From Nostoc sp. (GTDB lineage: Bacteria > Cyanobacteriota > Cyanobacteriia > Cyanobacteriales > Nostocaceae), in assembly GCA_036918135.1 (NCBI GenBank), contig JBALDB010000011.1:192001-256000 (forward strand): a stretch of 64,000 nt of DNA, in the 5' to 3' direction. Under the pieces are notes generated by a model that was not told the DNA's origin, ran no database searches, and was given only the letters and a program-made list of their open reading frames with translations. A program made the position numbers and the translations under genes. This document shows, piece after piece, positions 8,467 to 19,000 of the stretch (its first letter is position 1; every line of letters begins with the position of its first letter).

Positions 8467-8741
8467 GAGGCTATTTATAAAGTAAATTTAAAGGTGATTA
8501 ATTAATTAAAGTTGCAATCTACAATACTGTGTAAGCAGTATTGTAAATATAAATAATGGCTCGAAAGAGTTGTTATACCGACTTTAGCGACTCAAAATGG
8601 TCAATTCTGGCTTTTATAATTCCGCTAGCAAAATCAAGTAGACATCTTTACATGACTGATATATGCTCGTCTATGCAACGTTATCTACTACCATTTGAAA
8701 ACAGAGTATCAATGGAACATACAACAGGTGTAAAAAACTAG
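8467..8741 (+). mobile_element. Truncated, frameshifted IS5-family transposase remnant with probable left end
   Basis: MARKSCYTDFSDSKWSILAFIIPLAK resembles the IS5 N-terminus (Y.TDLSD.EW..L.P.IP). It continues in another frame as CNVIYYHLKTEYQWNI. Putative terminal sequence GAGGCTATTTATAAAGT at 8467, preceded by TAA. Confidence 0.7.
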
Positions 8742-8911
8742 TCTGTAAAGCACTAACTAAAAATATCTAATAACAAAGAAAAATATATAAGATTCATGTG
8801 ATTGTTTGAAGTTATATAAAGCAGCAATTAACATACACTTTGAAAAAATTGCTTTTGATAATACCTAATTAAACTTTTATACAATCATCTTTTACTTAAA
8901 CAATTTTTCCA

Positions 8912-9910
8912 ATGACAACTCAACTTACGTATCCCAAAATTCTTCTCGACACCGACCCAGGTGGAGATGATATCTATACCTTCCTGTGGCTTCTTAGCTT
9001 GGTCAAACAAGGACTCGCGGAACTTGTCGCTGTTACTTCCGCAGATGGCAATGTCGCTGCTAAATGCACGTTTTCGAGTGCTAGCCAGATTTTAAATTTA
9101 GTAGGATTCCCACACATTAAAGTTGGTCGTGGTGTACTTGCAAAAAGAGAAGTTATAGAAGATGCCAGCCATATTCATGGTTCGGATGGGATCGGCAATC
9201 TTTCTCATACTTTACCCCCTGCCACACACAGCATTGAGGACGCTCCTTACTCCGATGAACTGATTATCGATGAATTGAACGCTGCTCCGGGGGAAATTAC
9301 CATTGTAGCGATCGCACCTCTGACTAACCTCGCGGCAGCAGAAACAAAAAGTCCTGGCATCCTTAAAAAAGCCAAGGAAATCGTGATTATGGGGGGTGCT
9401 TTCTTCTGTCCTGGTAATGTGACTCCCCATGCCGAATTCAATATTTGGTTTAATGCTGAAGCTGCTCAGACAGTATTTGATAGCCGAGACGATATTATTG
9501 TGCTGCCTTTGGATGTGACCCGACGCTTAATTTTCACGCGAGATATGGCTATCACAGTCACTCAAGCGAATCCAGAGAGTAAACTTTCTCAGTTCTTGAC
9601 AAATCTTTGTGAGTTTATGATTGGCACAGCCTTGGGTTATCGAGAAACAGCAGGAATTCCAGGTTTTCTTGTTCATGATGCAGCAACATTAGGATACTTG
9701 TTTTATCCAGAAACCCTGATGTTGAAAAGAGCAAAAGTCCGGGTTGAAACAAAGGGACAATGGACAACAGGACAGACATTGATTGATAGTCGTCCTGCCA
9801 TGAAAACAGCAGCAAATGCCTGGGTAGCATTGGAGGTAGATGAAGGTAAATTTTTTACCAGCTTTGTTGAAGATTTAAAGCACCTATTTATAATAAGCGC
9901 CAAGCTCTAA
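8912..9910 (+). CDS. Inosine/uridine-preferring nucleoside hydrolase
   Basis: DTDPGGDD, HGSDGIGN, GNVTPHAEFNIW and VHDA motifs. Confidence 0.92.
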   Translation: MTTQLTYPKILLDTDPGGDDIYTFLWLLSLVKQGLAELVAVTSADGNVAAKCTFSSASQILNLVGFPHIKVGRGVLAKREVIEDASHIHGSDGIGNLSHTLPPATHSIEDAPYSDELIIDELNAAPGEITIVAIAPLTNLAAAETKSPGILKKAKEIVIMGGAFFCPGNVTPHAEFNIWFNAEAAQTVFDSRDDIIVLPLDVTRRLIFTRDMAITVTQANPESKLSQFLTNLCEFMIGTALGYRETAGIPGFLVHDAATLGYLFYPETLMLKRAKVRVETKGQWTTGQTLIDSRPAMKTAANAWVALEVDEGKFFTSFVEDLKHLFIISAKL

Positions 9911-10025
9911 GCTTCTCTTGTAGAGTCGCTCCCTCTTGATTTTAGGTTAGTAGTTAATGGCTATTATTCACTAGTTATTTCAAAAATGTGACCACTGGCG
10001 ATCGTAAAAAGGAACTTATTCAAAC

Positions 10026-10958
10026 ATGGAATTCTTTAGGCAACTGATTTTCTATTTGGCATTTGCTTCACTTGGATTCACGATTACAGAAGTTTATCTG
10101 CGGGCTAACAAGCTTTGGAAACGTAAGCATGATAAAGCGGTTGCTGAGAGCATTTCAATTACGGCGATGTTCGTTAGTATAGTGCCAGGTAGCCTATTCA
10201 CATTAAATTATCTGTTTGCTGGCCAGTGGCAGGGATTTATTCAAGAAGCTCTATATCTATCAATTGTGACATTTTCTATTTTAGTGGGAATGGAACTATG
10301 GGTTCCTGGAGAACGTCACAAAAGTTTTTTCACATTGTTGAAGCGAGCTCTTAATTTAGAGCGAAAGGAAGTTGCAGATTTAGCAATAGCTTTATTTAAA
10401 CCGCCTCAGCATAAAACAATCATTGATATTCTCTGCCAGATTGCATTAATTGATGAAAGACTGGACGAACGGGAACGAAAATTTATTGATACGTTTGCCC
10501 ATAAATGGGGTATTGAGTTTTCTTGGAATATGCTTCAATCACGAAGCTCTGATTCTGAGATGAACTTTATTAAGCTGCGGCAAGATGTTGAGAACTACCT
10601 AGCAACCTCTCCTCTAATTGAACAAATAATTCAATTACAGGACTTAGTTAATATACTAATTAGGATTGATAAAAACATTTCCAAGCTAGAAAGATTGATT
10701 AATTTTGAACTAAATGGAATGTTCCATCGTTATCTTAACCATGACGAAATATCCGAGGTGTTTTATACAATTGTGATTCCTCAAAACGAGAAGCAAGAAC
10801 AGGCGATCGCGCAAAATTTTTCTGATTTGACCCGTTACAATATTGCTGAAGGATTTGTCTACCGTAGCCAATCCTTTTACTCCAAAGAATTTGCCAAAAT
10901 TTTTAGTAATCAATATCGAGCGCTCAATCTATTTAGCATTGTAACGCAAATGCTGTAA
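10026..10958 (+). CDS. Membrane protein with about 3 N-terminal TM helices and a TerB-like domain
   Basis: Hydrophobic N-terminus, then ILCQIALIDERLDERERKFI and LIRIDKNISKLERLI, which resemble TerB repeats. Confidence 0.6.
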   Translation: MEFFRQLIFYLAFASLGFTITEVYLRANKLWKRKHDKAVAESISITAMFVSIVPGSLFTLNYLFAGQWQGFIQEALYLSIVTFSILVGMELWVPGERHKSFFTLLKRALNLERKEVADLAIALFKPPQHKTIIDILCQIALIDERLDERERKFIDTFAHKWGIEFSWNMLQSRSSDSEMNFIKLRQDVENYLATSPLIEQIIQLQDLVNILIRIDKNISKLERLINFELNGMFHRYLNHDEISEVFYTIVIPQNEKQEQAIAQNFSDLTRYNIAEGFVYRSQSFYSKEFAKIFSNQYRALNLFSIVTQML

Positions 10959-11111
10959 GTTTTTCTACCATCTATAATAATAAGCTTAACAGTTATTTAC
11001 TCATAAAATGACTCGATATTTGAGCAGCAATATCTAACAGTTTAAATCTGCGTATGCTTGCTACTTTTAAATTAAAAGACGATTAATATATTAGTCTCAC
11101 AAAGGTAAAAG

Positions 11112-12593
11112 ATGATAATGACCACAGAGCGATTTAAAAAGTTCACAATTTTGCATTCAAATGATATGCATGGAGACTTTCTGGCAGAGGCTGGGGGTGA
11201 AGAAGGTCATCTGATTGGGGGAGTATCGCTGCTTTCTGGCTATATCAATAAGGTGCGCCAGTCAGAGAAAAACGTGCTTTTTGTGATTTCTGGTGATATG
11301 CTCCAGGGTTCTTTGATTGATAAGGAATATAAAGGTATTTCAACTATAGAAATCATGAATTACCTCGCTCCAGACGTAGTGACTCTGGGGAATCACGAAT
11401 TGGATTATGGATTGCCTCACTTACTATTCTTAGAAAAAATGGCAAATTTTCCGATTGTGAATGCTAATTTGTATATCAAAAAGTACAACAAACGCTTAAT
11501 GACTCCCTATCTAATCTTGAATGTCGATGGATTCGATATTATGTTCATCGGGATTATTACAGAAGAAGCTTTGAAGACATTAAAACGTGACAACAGTATT
11601 GGCACATTTGTAAGTCTTGAAGATGCTGCTTCTGAAGTTGGCAAAATTTGCAACGCCTACAAAAATGATGACATTGATTTAACAATTCTACTGACTCATA
11701 TTGGTTTTGAAGAGGATAAAAAACTAGCGGCATTGCTAGACCCAGAATGGGGTGTGGATATGATTATTGGCGGACACTCTCATACATTTTTAGAGCAACC
11801 TGCCCAAGTTAACAATATTTTGATTGCACAAGCAGGAATTGGCACAGACCAAATTGGACGCTTTGATATTGTAGTCGATGACGATACTAACAGTATTGTT
11901 GAATGGCAGTGGCAACTTTTGCCTGTAGATAATAATTTGGCTAAACCAGATTCTGAAATTGAAAAGTTGATTACGATTTTTCAAGAAGAAGTAGATCGCA
12001 AATATAATCGACTGATTGGACGATTAGCCCGTCAACTGACCCATCCGAAGCGCGAACAAGAAACAGAATTGGGTAACTTAATCGTTGATATTGTTGACCA
12101 GCTAGATATATTGGATGTAACTTTGATCGGAAGTGGCTCAATTAGCAGAACAAAATTAGGGCCGCTAGTTACACTCAGCGATATTAAAGAAGTTTTTCCT
12201 TACGACGATGTACTTTATAAACTTAAAGTTACAGGTCTACAGCTTACTAAGATATTCGCACATATTATGAGACTGGAAAACAGAATACCAGGCGAAAGTT
12301 GTTGTTTTCAGGTCAGCAAAGGTATTCAAGCAATTTATAGTAATTCCCAAAATCAGCTTGAATCTTTGAGCATTAATGGACAACCTGTACAAGCCGATGC
12401 TCAATACACTATCTGTGTAGAGGAATATCATTATAAAAATTCACTACATAGTCTAGGTATCACAATTGAAGAATTAACAAAATTAGACAACGCTAAGGTA
12501 GTTTCAACATCTTGCCAAAATGTCCTTGAAGAATATTTTAGCCATCATCAAAATCTTAATAGCCAAATTGAAGGAAGATTGCTGTACAAGTAG
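11112..12593 (+). CDS. 5'-nucleotidase / UDP-sugar hydrolase family metallophosphoesterase (no obvious signal peptide)
   Basis: HSNDMHG, SGD, GNHELD, LTHIG and GGHSH motifs plus a 5'-nucleotidase C-terminal domain (ETELGNLIVD...FPYDD). Confidence 0.9.
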   Translation: MIMTTERFKKFTILHSNDMHGDFLAEAGGEEGHLIGGVSLLSGYINKVRQSEKNVLFVISGDMLQGSLIDKEYKGISTIEIMNYLAPDVVTLGNHELDYGLPHLLFLEKMANFPIVNANLYIKKYNKRLMTPYLILNVDGFDIMFIGIITEEALKTLKRDNSIGTFVSLEDAASEVGKICNAYKNDDIDLTILLTHIGFEEDKKLAALLDPEWGVDMIIGGHSHTFLEQPAQVNNILIAQAGIGTDQIGRFDIVVDDDTNSIVEWQWQLLPVDNNLAKPDSEIEKLITIFQEEVDRKYNRLIGRLARQLTHPKREQETELGNLIVDIVDQLDILDVTLIGSGSISRTKLGPLVTLSDIKEVFPYDDVLYKLKVTGLQLTKIFAHIMRLENRIPGESCCFQVSKGIQAIYSNSQNQLESLSINGQPVQADAQYTICVEEYHYKNSLHSLGITIEELTKLDNAKVVSTSCQNVLEEYFSHHQNLNSQIEGRLLYK

Positions 12594-13053
12594 GAGATTT
12601 TCAACCAATACGCAGTAGATTATACTTGTATACTATTTCCCTGATTGCTCCCATTTTATTGTGAGACCTTTAGATGAGATTAAGTGGTATTAAACTTGAT
12701 AATTACAGTGTTTAAAGAAACTGCTTTTAATTCGCATATCAGCAGTTATATTTAATGTAAACGTTTATTAATTTCTGCTTCTAGAAGCGATCGCAATTCT
12801 TGAGGAGTTAGTAGTTTGAGTTCATTCTCCATAGGGTATTCTTCGTTTTTATACAACCTCAGATTTAATTGTTAACCTTAACACAATCAAATCCTGCACC
12901 AACGCGGACACAGCGAATCGCTACTCTATCGTTAAAAGCCAGCAAGTCGTAAATTCTCTCCTCAATTCCCAATGCAATATTTTCTAACGTTTGTTAACCA
13001 AGATGTTGTCTGGGGAATTCTAAATCTGAGACAAGGAATTCTGGTAAAAATTT

Positions 13054-16000
13054 ATGAGCGCAAAAGTTGTTGAAACTGTAAGAATCGCTGGCTACGAAAT
13101 TATAGAGCAACTTTATTCAGGTTCTCGCACTCAAGTGTATCGCGCAGTCCAAGAATGCGATCGCCAACCAGTTGCGATCAAGCTCTTAAAACGAGAATAC
13201 CCAACTTTAAGCGAATTAGTACAGTTTCGCAACCAATATGCGATCGCCAAAAATCTAGATATTCCTGGCATCATAAAACTCTACAGCCTCGAACTCTATC
13301 ACAATGGCTATGCCTTAGTAATGGAGGACTTTGGTGGTATTTCTCTATGTCAATTTACTTCAGGAAAAGCACTGACATTAGAGGAATTCCTACCCATTGC
13401 TTTGCAACTGCTAGACACTTTACACCAGTTACACCAACAGCACGTCATTCACAAGGACATTAAACCAGCTAATATCCTAATTCACCCTGACACCAAACAA
13501 GTCAAACTCATTGATTTCAGTATTGCCTCGCTCTTACCACGAGAAACTCAGGAAATTCAAAGCATCAATGGACTCGAAGGAACGCTAGCTTATCTGTCGC
13601 CAGAGCAAACCAGACGGATGAACCGAGGCATTGACTACCGTAGCGACTTTTATTCATTAGGTGTGACATTTTTTGAACTACTGAGCGGACAACTGCCCTT
13701 TGAATTTCACGAACCAATGGAGTTAGTGCATTGCCACATTGCTAAACAGCCTAACTTTATCTGTGACCTCAACCCGGAAATACCTTTAATGCTAGGAGAG
13801 ATCCTCCGCAAGCTGATGGCCAAGAACGCCGAAGACCGCTATCAGAGCGCATTAGGACTAAAACATGACTTAGAAAAGTGTTATCAGGAATGGCAAGCAA
13901 CAGGCAAGCATACCTGGTTTGATTTGGGACAGCACGATATCAGCGATCGCTTTTTGATCCGAGAAAAACTCTACGGACGAGAGCAGGAAGTCCAAACCTT
14001 GTTAGAAGCATTTGGGCGAGTTGTCAATGGAGCAGGGGAACTGATGTTGGTGGCTGGTTTCTCAGGTGTTGGCAAAACTGCGGTGGTGAATGAAGTACAT
14101 AAGCCGATTGTCGGCTGCAATGGATATTTCATTAAAGGTAAGTATGACCAATTCAACCGCAACATTCCCTTGTCTGCCTTCGTCCGAGCTTTTCGCGATT
14201 TGATAGCTCAATTGCTCGCTCAAAGGGACAGTGTACTGGAACAGTGGCGAAATAGAATTCTGTCTGCATTGGGTGAGAGTGGACAGGCGATGGTTGACGT
14301 GATTCCAGAATTAGAACGGATTATTGGCAAGCAACCGCCTGCACCAGAACTATCAGGCAGTGCTGCACAAAATCGTTTCAATCTGCTGTTTGTCAAGTTG
14401 ATTCAGGTATTTGCTACAAGGGAGCATCCGTTGGTAATGTTCCTAGACGATTTGCAGTGGGCAGATTCAGCATCACTAAATTTGCTGAAGCTGTTGTTAG
14501 GTGAAGCCTTGAGTGGCTATCTGTTGATTATTGGCGCTTACCGCGATAACGAAGTATTTGCGGCTCATCCCTTATTGCTCACCCTCGAAGAGATTGAGAA
14601 AGTGGCGACGGTTAACACTATAACGCTGATGGCCTTGAGTCAAGCCGATGTCAACAGTTTGATTGCAGACACGCTCAGTTGTGCAACAGAAATTGCCCTG
14701 CCATTGACTGAACTAGTTTATCAAAAAACCAAAGGCAATCCATTTTTTACAACTCAGTTTCTCCTGGCATTACATCAGGAGGGACAAATTACCTTTGATT
14801 GGCATACAGGTTTTTGGCAGTGTGATGTCGGACAAGTACGCTTGCTCGCTCTCACCGATGATGTGGTGGAATTTATGGCACAACAGCTTCAGAAATTGCC
14901 ATCAAAAACTCAAGATGTTTTGAAACTGGCAGCCTGTATTGGTAATCAGTTTGATTTAGGGACGTTGGCGATCGTTTCTGAAAAGTCGCAGGCTCAAACT
15001 GCTGCGGACTTGTGGAAAGCATTGCAAGAAGGATTTGTAATTCCTACCAATGAAGTTTATAAATTTTATCAAGATTCGTCATTGGTGAGCCAGCCTGGTT
15101 TTGGGGGTTTTCTCGATGATGAACTAGCGAACCCCGAAAGGGCCGTTGGCGATTTGCAAAATCCAAATGACAACGGACAAAGAACAGTTTACAAATTCTT
15201 GCACGATCGCGTCCAACAAGCAGCATACTCTCTGATTCCAGAGGAACAAAAACAAGCAACGCACCTGAAAATTGGGCAACTGCTGCTCAATAATACGCCA
15301 GTCACCCAATTAGATGAAAATCTGTTTGAAATTGTCAATCAACTCAACATTGGAAAATCCTTGATTACTGAGCGATCGCAACAAATAAAAATCGCTCAAC
15401 TTAATCTCGAAGCAGGACAAAAAGCCAGAGCCGCCACAGCTTATGCAGCTGCGTATCACTATTCGACTACAGGCATTACCTTGCTAAATTTTTTTCAGCC
15501 TCAAGATGAGTCTTGCTGGCAAACACAATACGACCTCACTCTGGCACTGTATGAATTAGCAGCAGAAACCGCATACCTCAAAGGTGATTTTGGGCAGATG
15601 GAGCAATGGGCAGATATTGTGATGCAACAGGCAAAAACTGCTGTTGACAAAGTGAAAATCTATGCCGTCAAAATCCAAGCTGATATGGCACAACTCAAAA
15701 AACTACAAGCAGTCAAAATTGGGTTAGAAGCTTTGAAACTTGTGGGGGTAAGCATACCAGAATCGCCTGAACCCTCAGACATTCAGCAAGCACTTACTCA
15801 AGTTGCAAGCCTCCAGACTAAAAATATTGAAGACTTGATTAACCTGCCATTGATGACGGATATTGAGCATCTATCTGCTGTCAGGATATTAGCCAGTATT
15901 GGCCCTGCTACCTATCAAGCTGCACCGATACTATTTCCATTGGTAATATGTGAACTGGTGAACTTATCAATTAACTATGGCAATTCACCTTTCTCTAGTT

Positions 16001-19000
16001 ATGGTTACGCTTGTTATGGTATCCTTTTAAATGCAGTATTTCAGAATATTGAATCAGCTTATCAATTTGGAAAATTAAGCTTAAATTTAGCAGAAAAATT
16101 CAATACTCCAGACCTCAAAGGCTCTACATTTTTTGTGGTGGGAGTTTGTATAACTCATGCCAAAGTACATCTTAGAGAAACGTTGCCAATTCTCTGGGAT
16201 GCTTACCAAAGTGGACTCCAAGGCGGTAATTTTGTATTTGCTACCCATGCTGCCATACATAAATACCAGCATATGTATCTGCTGGGACAGGAACTAACAA
16301 TAGTTGCACAAGAAATGGCAACCATCAGTGATGTCCTAGTTCGACTCAAGCAAGAAAATGCTTTGGAATTTCATCACATCTTTCAACAATCAGTTTTGAA
16401 CTTGCTGAATACTTCAGAACATCCATGCCTTTTACAAGGTGAAGTTTACAAAGAGCAAACAGCTTTAGCACGGCTTTTGGATGCTAACGATCGAACTGGG
16501 CTTCATCACTTTTATTTCAACAAACTGATTCTTTGCTACTTGTTTGGAGACTATCCCCAAGCACAGGAAAATGCACTACAAGCTCAACAGTATTTAGATG
16601 GAGTACCAGGTCTTATAGTCGTACCAGTATCCTACTTTTATGATTCTTTGGCACACTTAGCAGTCTACTCATCCTTACCAGATTCGCAACAAGAACATCT
16701 CCTGAATCGAGTCACAAATAATCAGGAACAGATGAAGCAATGGGCAGCCAATGCGCCAATGAATTTTCAACACAAATTTGATTTGGTTGCAGCAGAACAG
16801 TATCGTATTCTAGGCAACAAACCTGAAGCAATAGACTATTACGATCGCGCCATTTCTCTTGCCAATGAACACGGCTACATCCAAGAAGCAGCACTTGCCA
16901 ACGAACTGGCCGCTAAGTTCTACCTCGATTGGGGTAAACAGCGCATTGCCCAAGAATATATCACCGAAGCTTACTATGGCTATGCTCGTTGGGGTGCCAA
17001 TGCCAAAGTTGCCGACTTAGAAAGACGCTATCCCCAACTACTCGCTCCCATTCTCCAGCAAACCCGTTCTCCCCTCTCCACTCACGAAACTATCTTCAAC
17101 TTAGGGACTGTTACCTCTACCAGTTTTACCAGTTCCAGTAGTACTAGCGTCTCGGTTTCTCTAGATTTAGCCGCGATTCTCAAAGCTTCCCAAACCCTTT
17201 CTGGCGAAATCGAACTCGAAAAACTCCTCTCAAAATTGCTGCATATTCTCATTGAAAATTCAGGAGCCGAGAAATGTGTATTGCTGCTGTCATACGAAGA
17301 ACAGTTGATGGTGCAGTCCGTTGCTCATATTGGTACTGATTTTTGCTCAGTGTTACTCAAGCCACAATCCCTTGAAGACAGCGAGGATGTACCGATTAGT
17401 TTAATTGATACCGTCAAACGTAGTTTACAACCTACGGTAATTACTGATGCTACGGTGCATGGGCAATTTATTAATGACCCTTACATTCAGCGACAGCAAC
17501 CCAAGAGTATCTTGTGCAGCCCGATTTTGCATCAGGGTAAGTTGCTTGGTGTATTGTACCTAGAAAACAATCTTGTTAGTGGAGCCTTTAGTAGCGATCG
17601 CGTCGAACTGTTGAACTTACTTTGCGCTCAAGCTGCAATTTCTTTAGAAAATGCGCGACTTTATGAAAATTCCCAGAACTATGCTCAACAGTTGACACAA
17701 TCTCTAGCAAAATTGCAGGCTAGTGAAACCCGTTTTCAAAATTTGGCAAATAATATTCCTGGTATGGTGTACCAATTCTGTCTAGGGGCGGACGGTTCAA
17801 CTTCAACACCCTACGTGAGTTCTGGCTGTTTGGACTTATATGGATTAGAGCCAGAATTGGTAATGGCGGACATACATAACATTTACGCCATGAATCATCC
17901 TGACGACCGCTTAGCTATTGAGCAAGCAGTTGCCTACTCTGCCCAAAATCTGACACCATTTGAGCAAGAATGGCGGATTATCATGCCTTCAGGAGCCGTG
18001 AAATGGGTTCGCTCTGCTGCTCGCCCAGAACGACAAGCCGATGGTGCAACTGTATGGAATGGGGTGGTGATTGATATTAGCGACCGCAAACAAATCGAAG
18101 CATCTCTAGCCAAAGAACGAGAGTTTTTAAATACCATCATTCACAATATTACCGATGGCATTGTTGTCTGTGATGCTAGTGGCAAGTTGATCCTATTTAA
18201 CAAAGCAACTCGTGAATTTCATGGTTTACCAGTAGAATCATTACCACCAGAAGAATGGGCACAACACTTCAATCTCTATCAAGCTGATGGTGAAACACCC
18301 CTATTAACCAGAGAAATTCCTTTGTTTCGCGCCTTTCAAGGGGAAATCGTCGAAAATGTCGAAATGGTAATTGCCCCGAAGCGTGGTTCTAAAAGAATTT
18401 TGTCAGCCAGCGGACAAGCAATCGTTGATGCTGCGGGTAACAAACTCGGTGCAGTAGTTGTGATGCGAGATATTAGCGATGCCTATCGACAAGCTAAGCA
18501 ACGCAAACTTGCTCAACTTGCCTTACAGCAAAAATCACAAGATTTAGAACAAGCGCTAACTGATTTACAAAACGCTCAATTACAAATTATCCAAAGTGAA
18601 AAAATGTCTGCTTTAGGTAATTTAGTTGCTGGTGTCGCTCACGAAATGAATAATCCTTTAGGTTTTATTGCTGCCAGTCTCAAACAAGCCAAACCTACCA
18701 TTGCCGATCTTGTCGAACATCTCAGACTTTATCAAGAAAGTTTACCCAATAAAAGTGAAGAAATTCTTGACCATGCCGAAGAAATCGACTTGGATTATAC
18801 CTTAGAAGACTTGCCCAAGATAATTGATGCTATGACAATGGCATGTGACAGGCTAAAAAATATTAGCACCAGTCTTCGCACTTTCTCTCGTGCCGATCGA
18901 GATTACAAAGTTCCGTTTAATATTCATCAAGGTATTGACAGCACGATTTTAATTTTAAAACATCGTCTGAAGGCAAATGAACAACGTCCTGTTATTGAAG

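Noticed and set aside
13606..13626. EQTRRMNR in place of the usual EQTGRMNR in the kinase domain
   Set aside because: A single substitution; catalytic motifs are intact, so there is no basis for calling inactivation.
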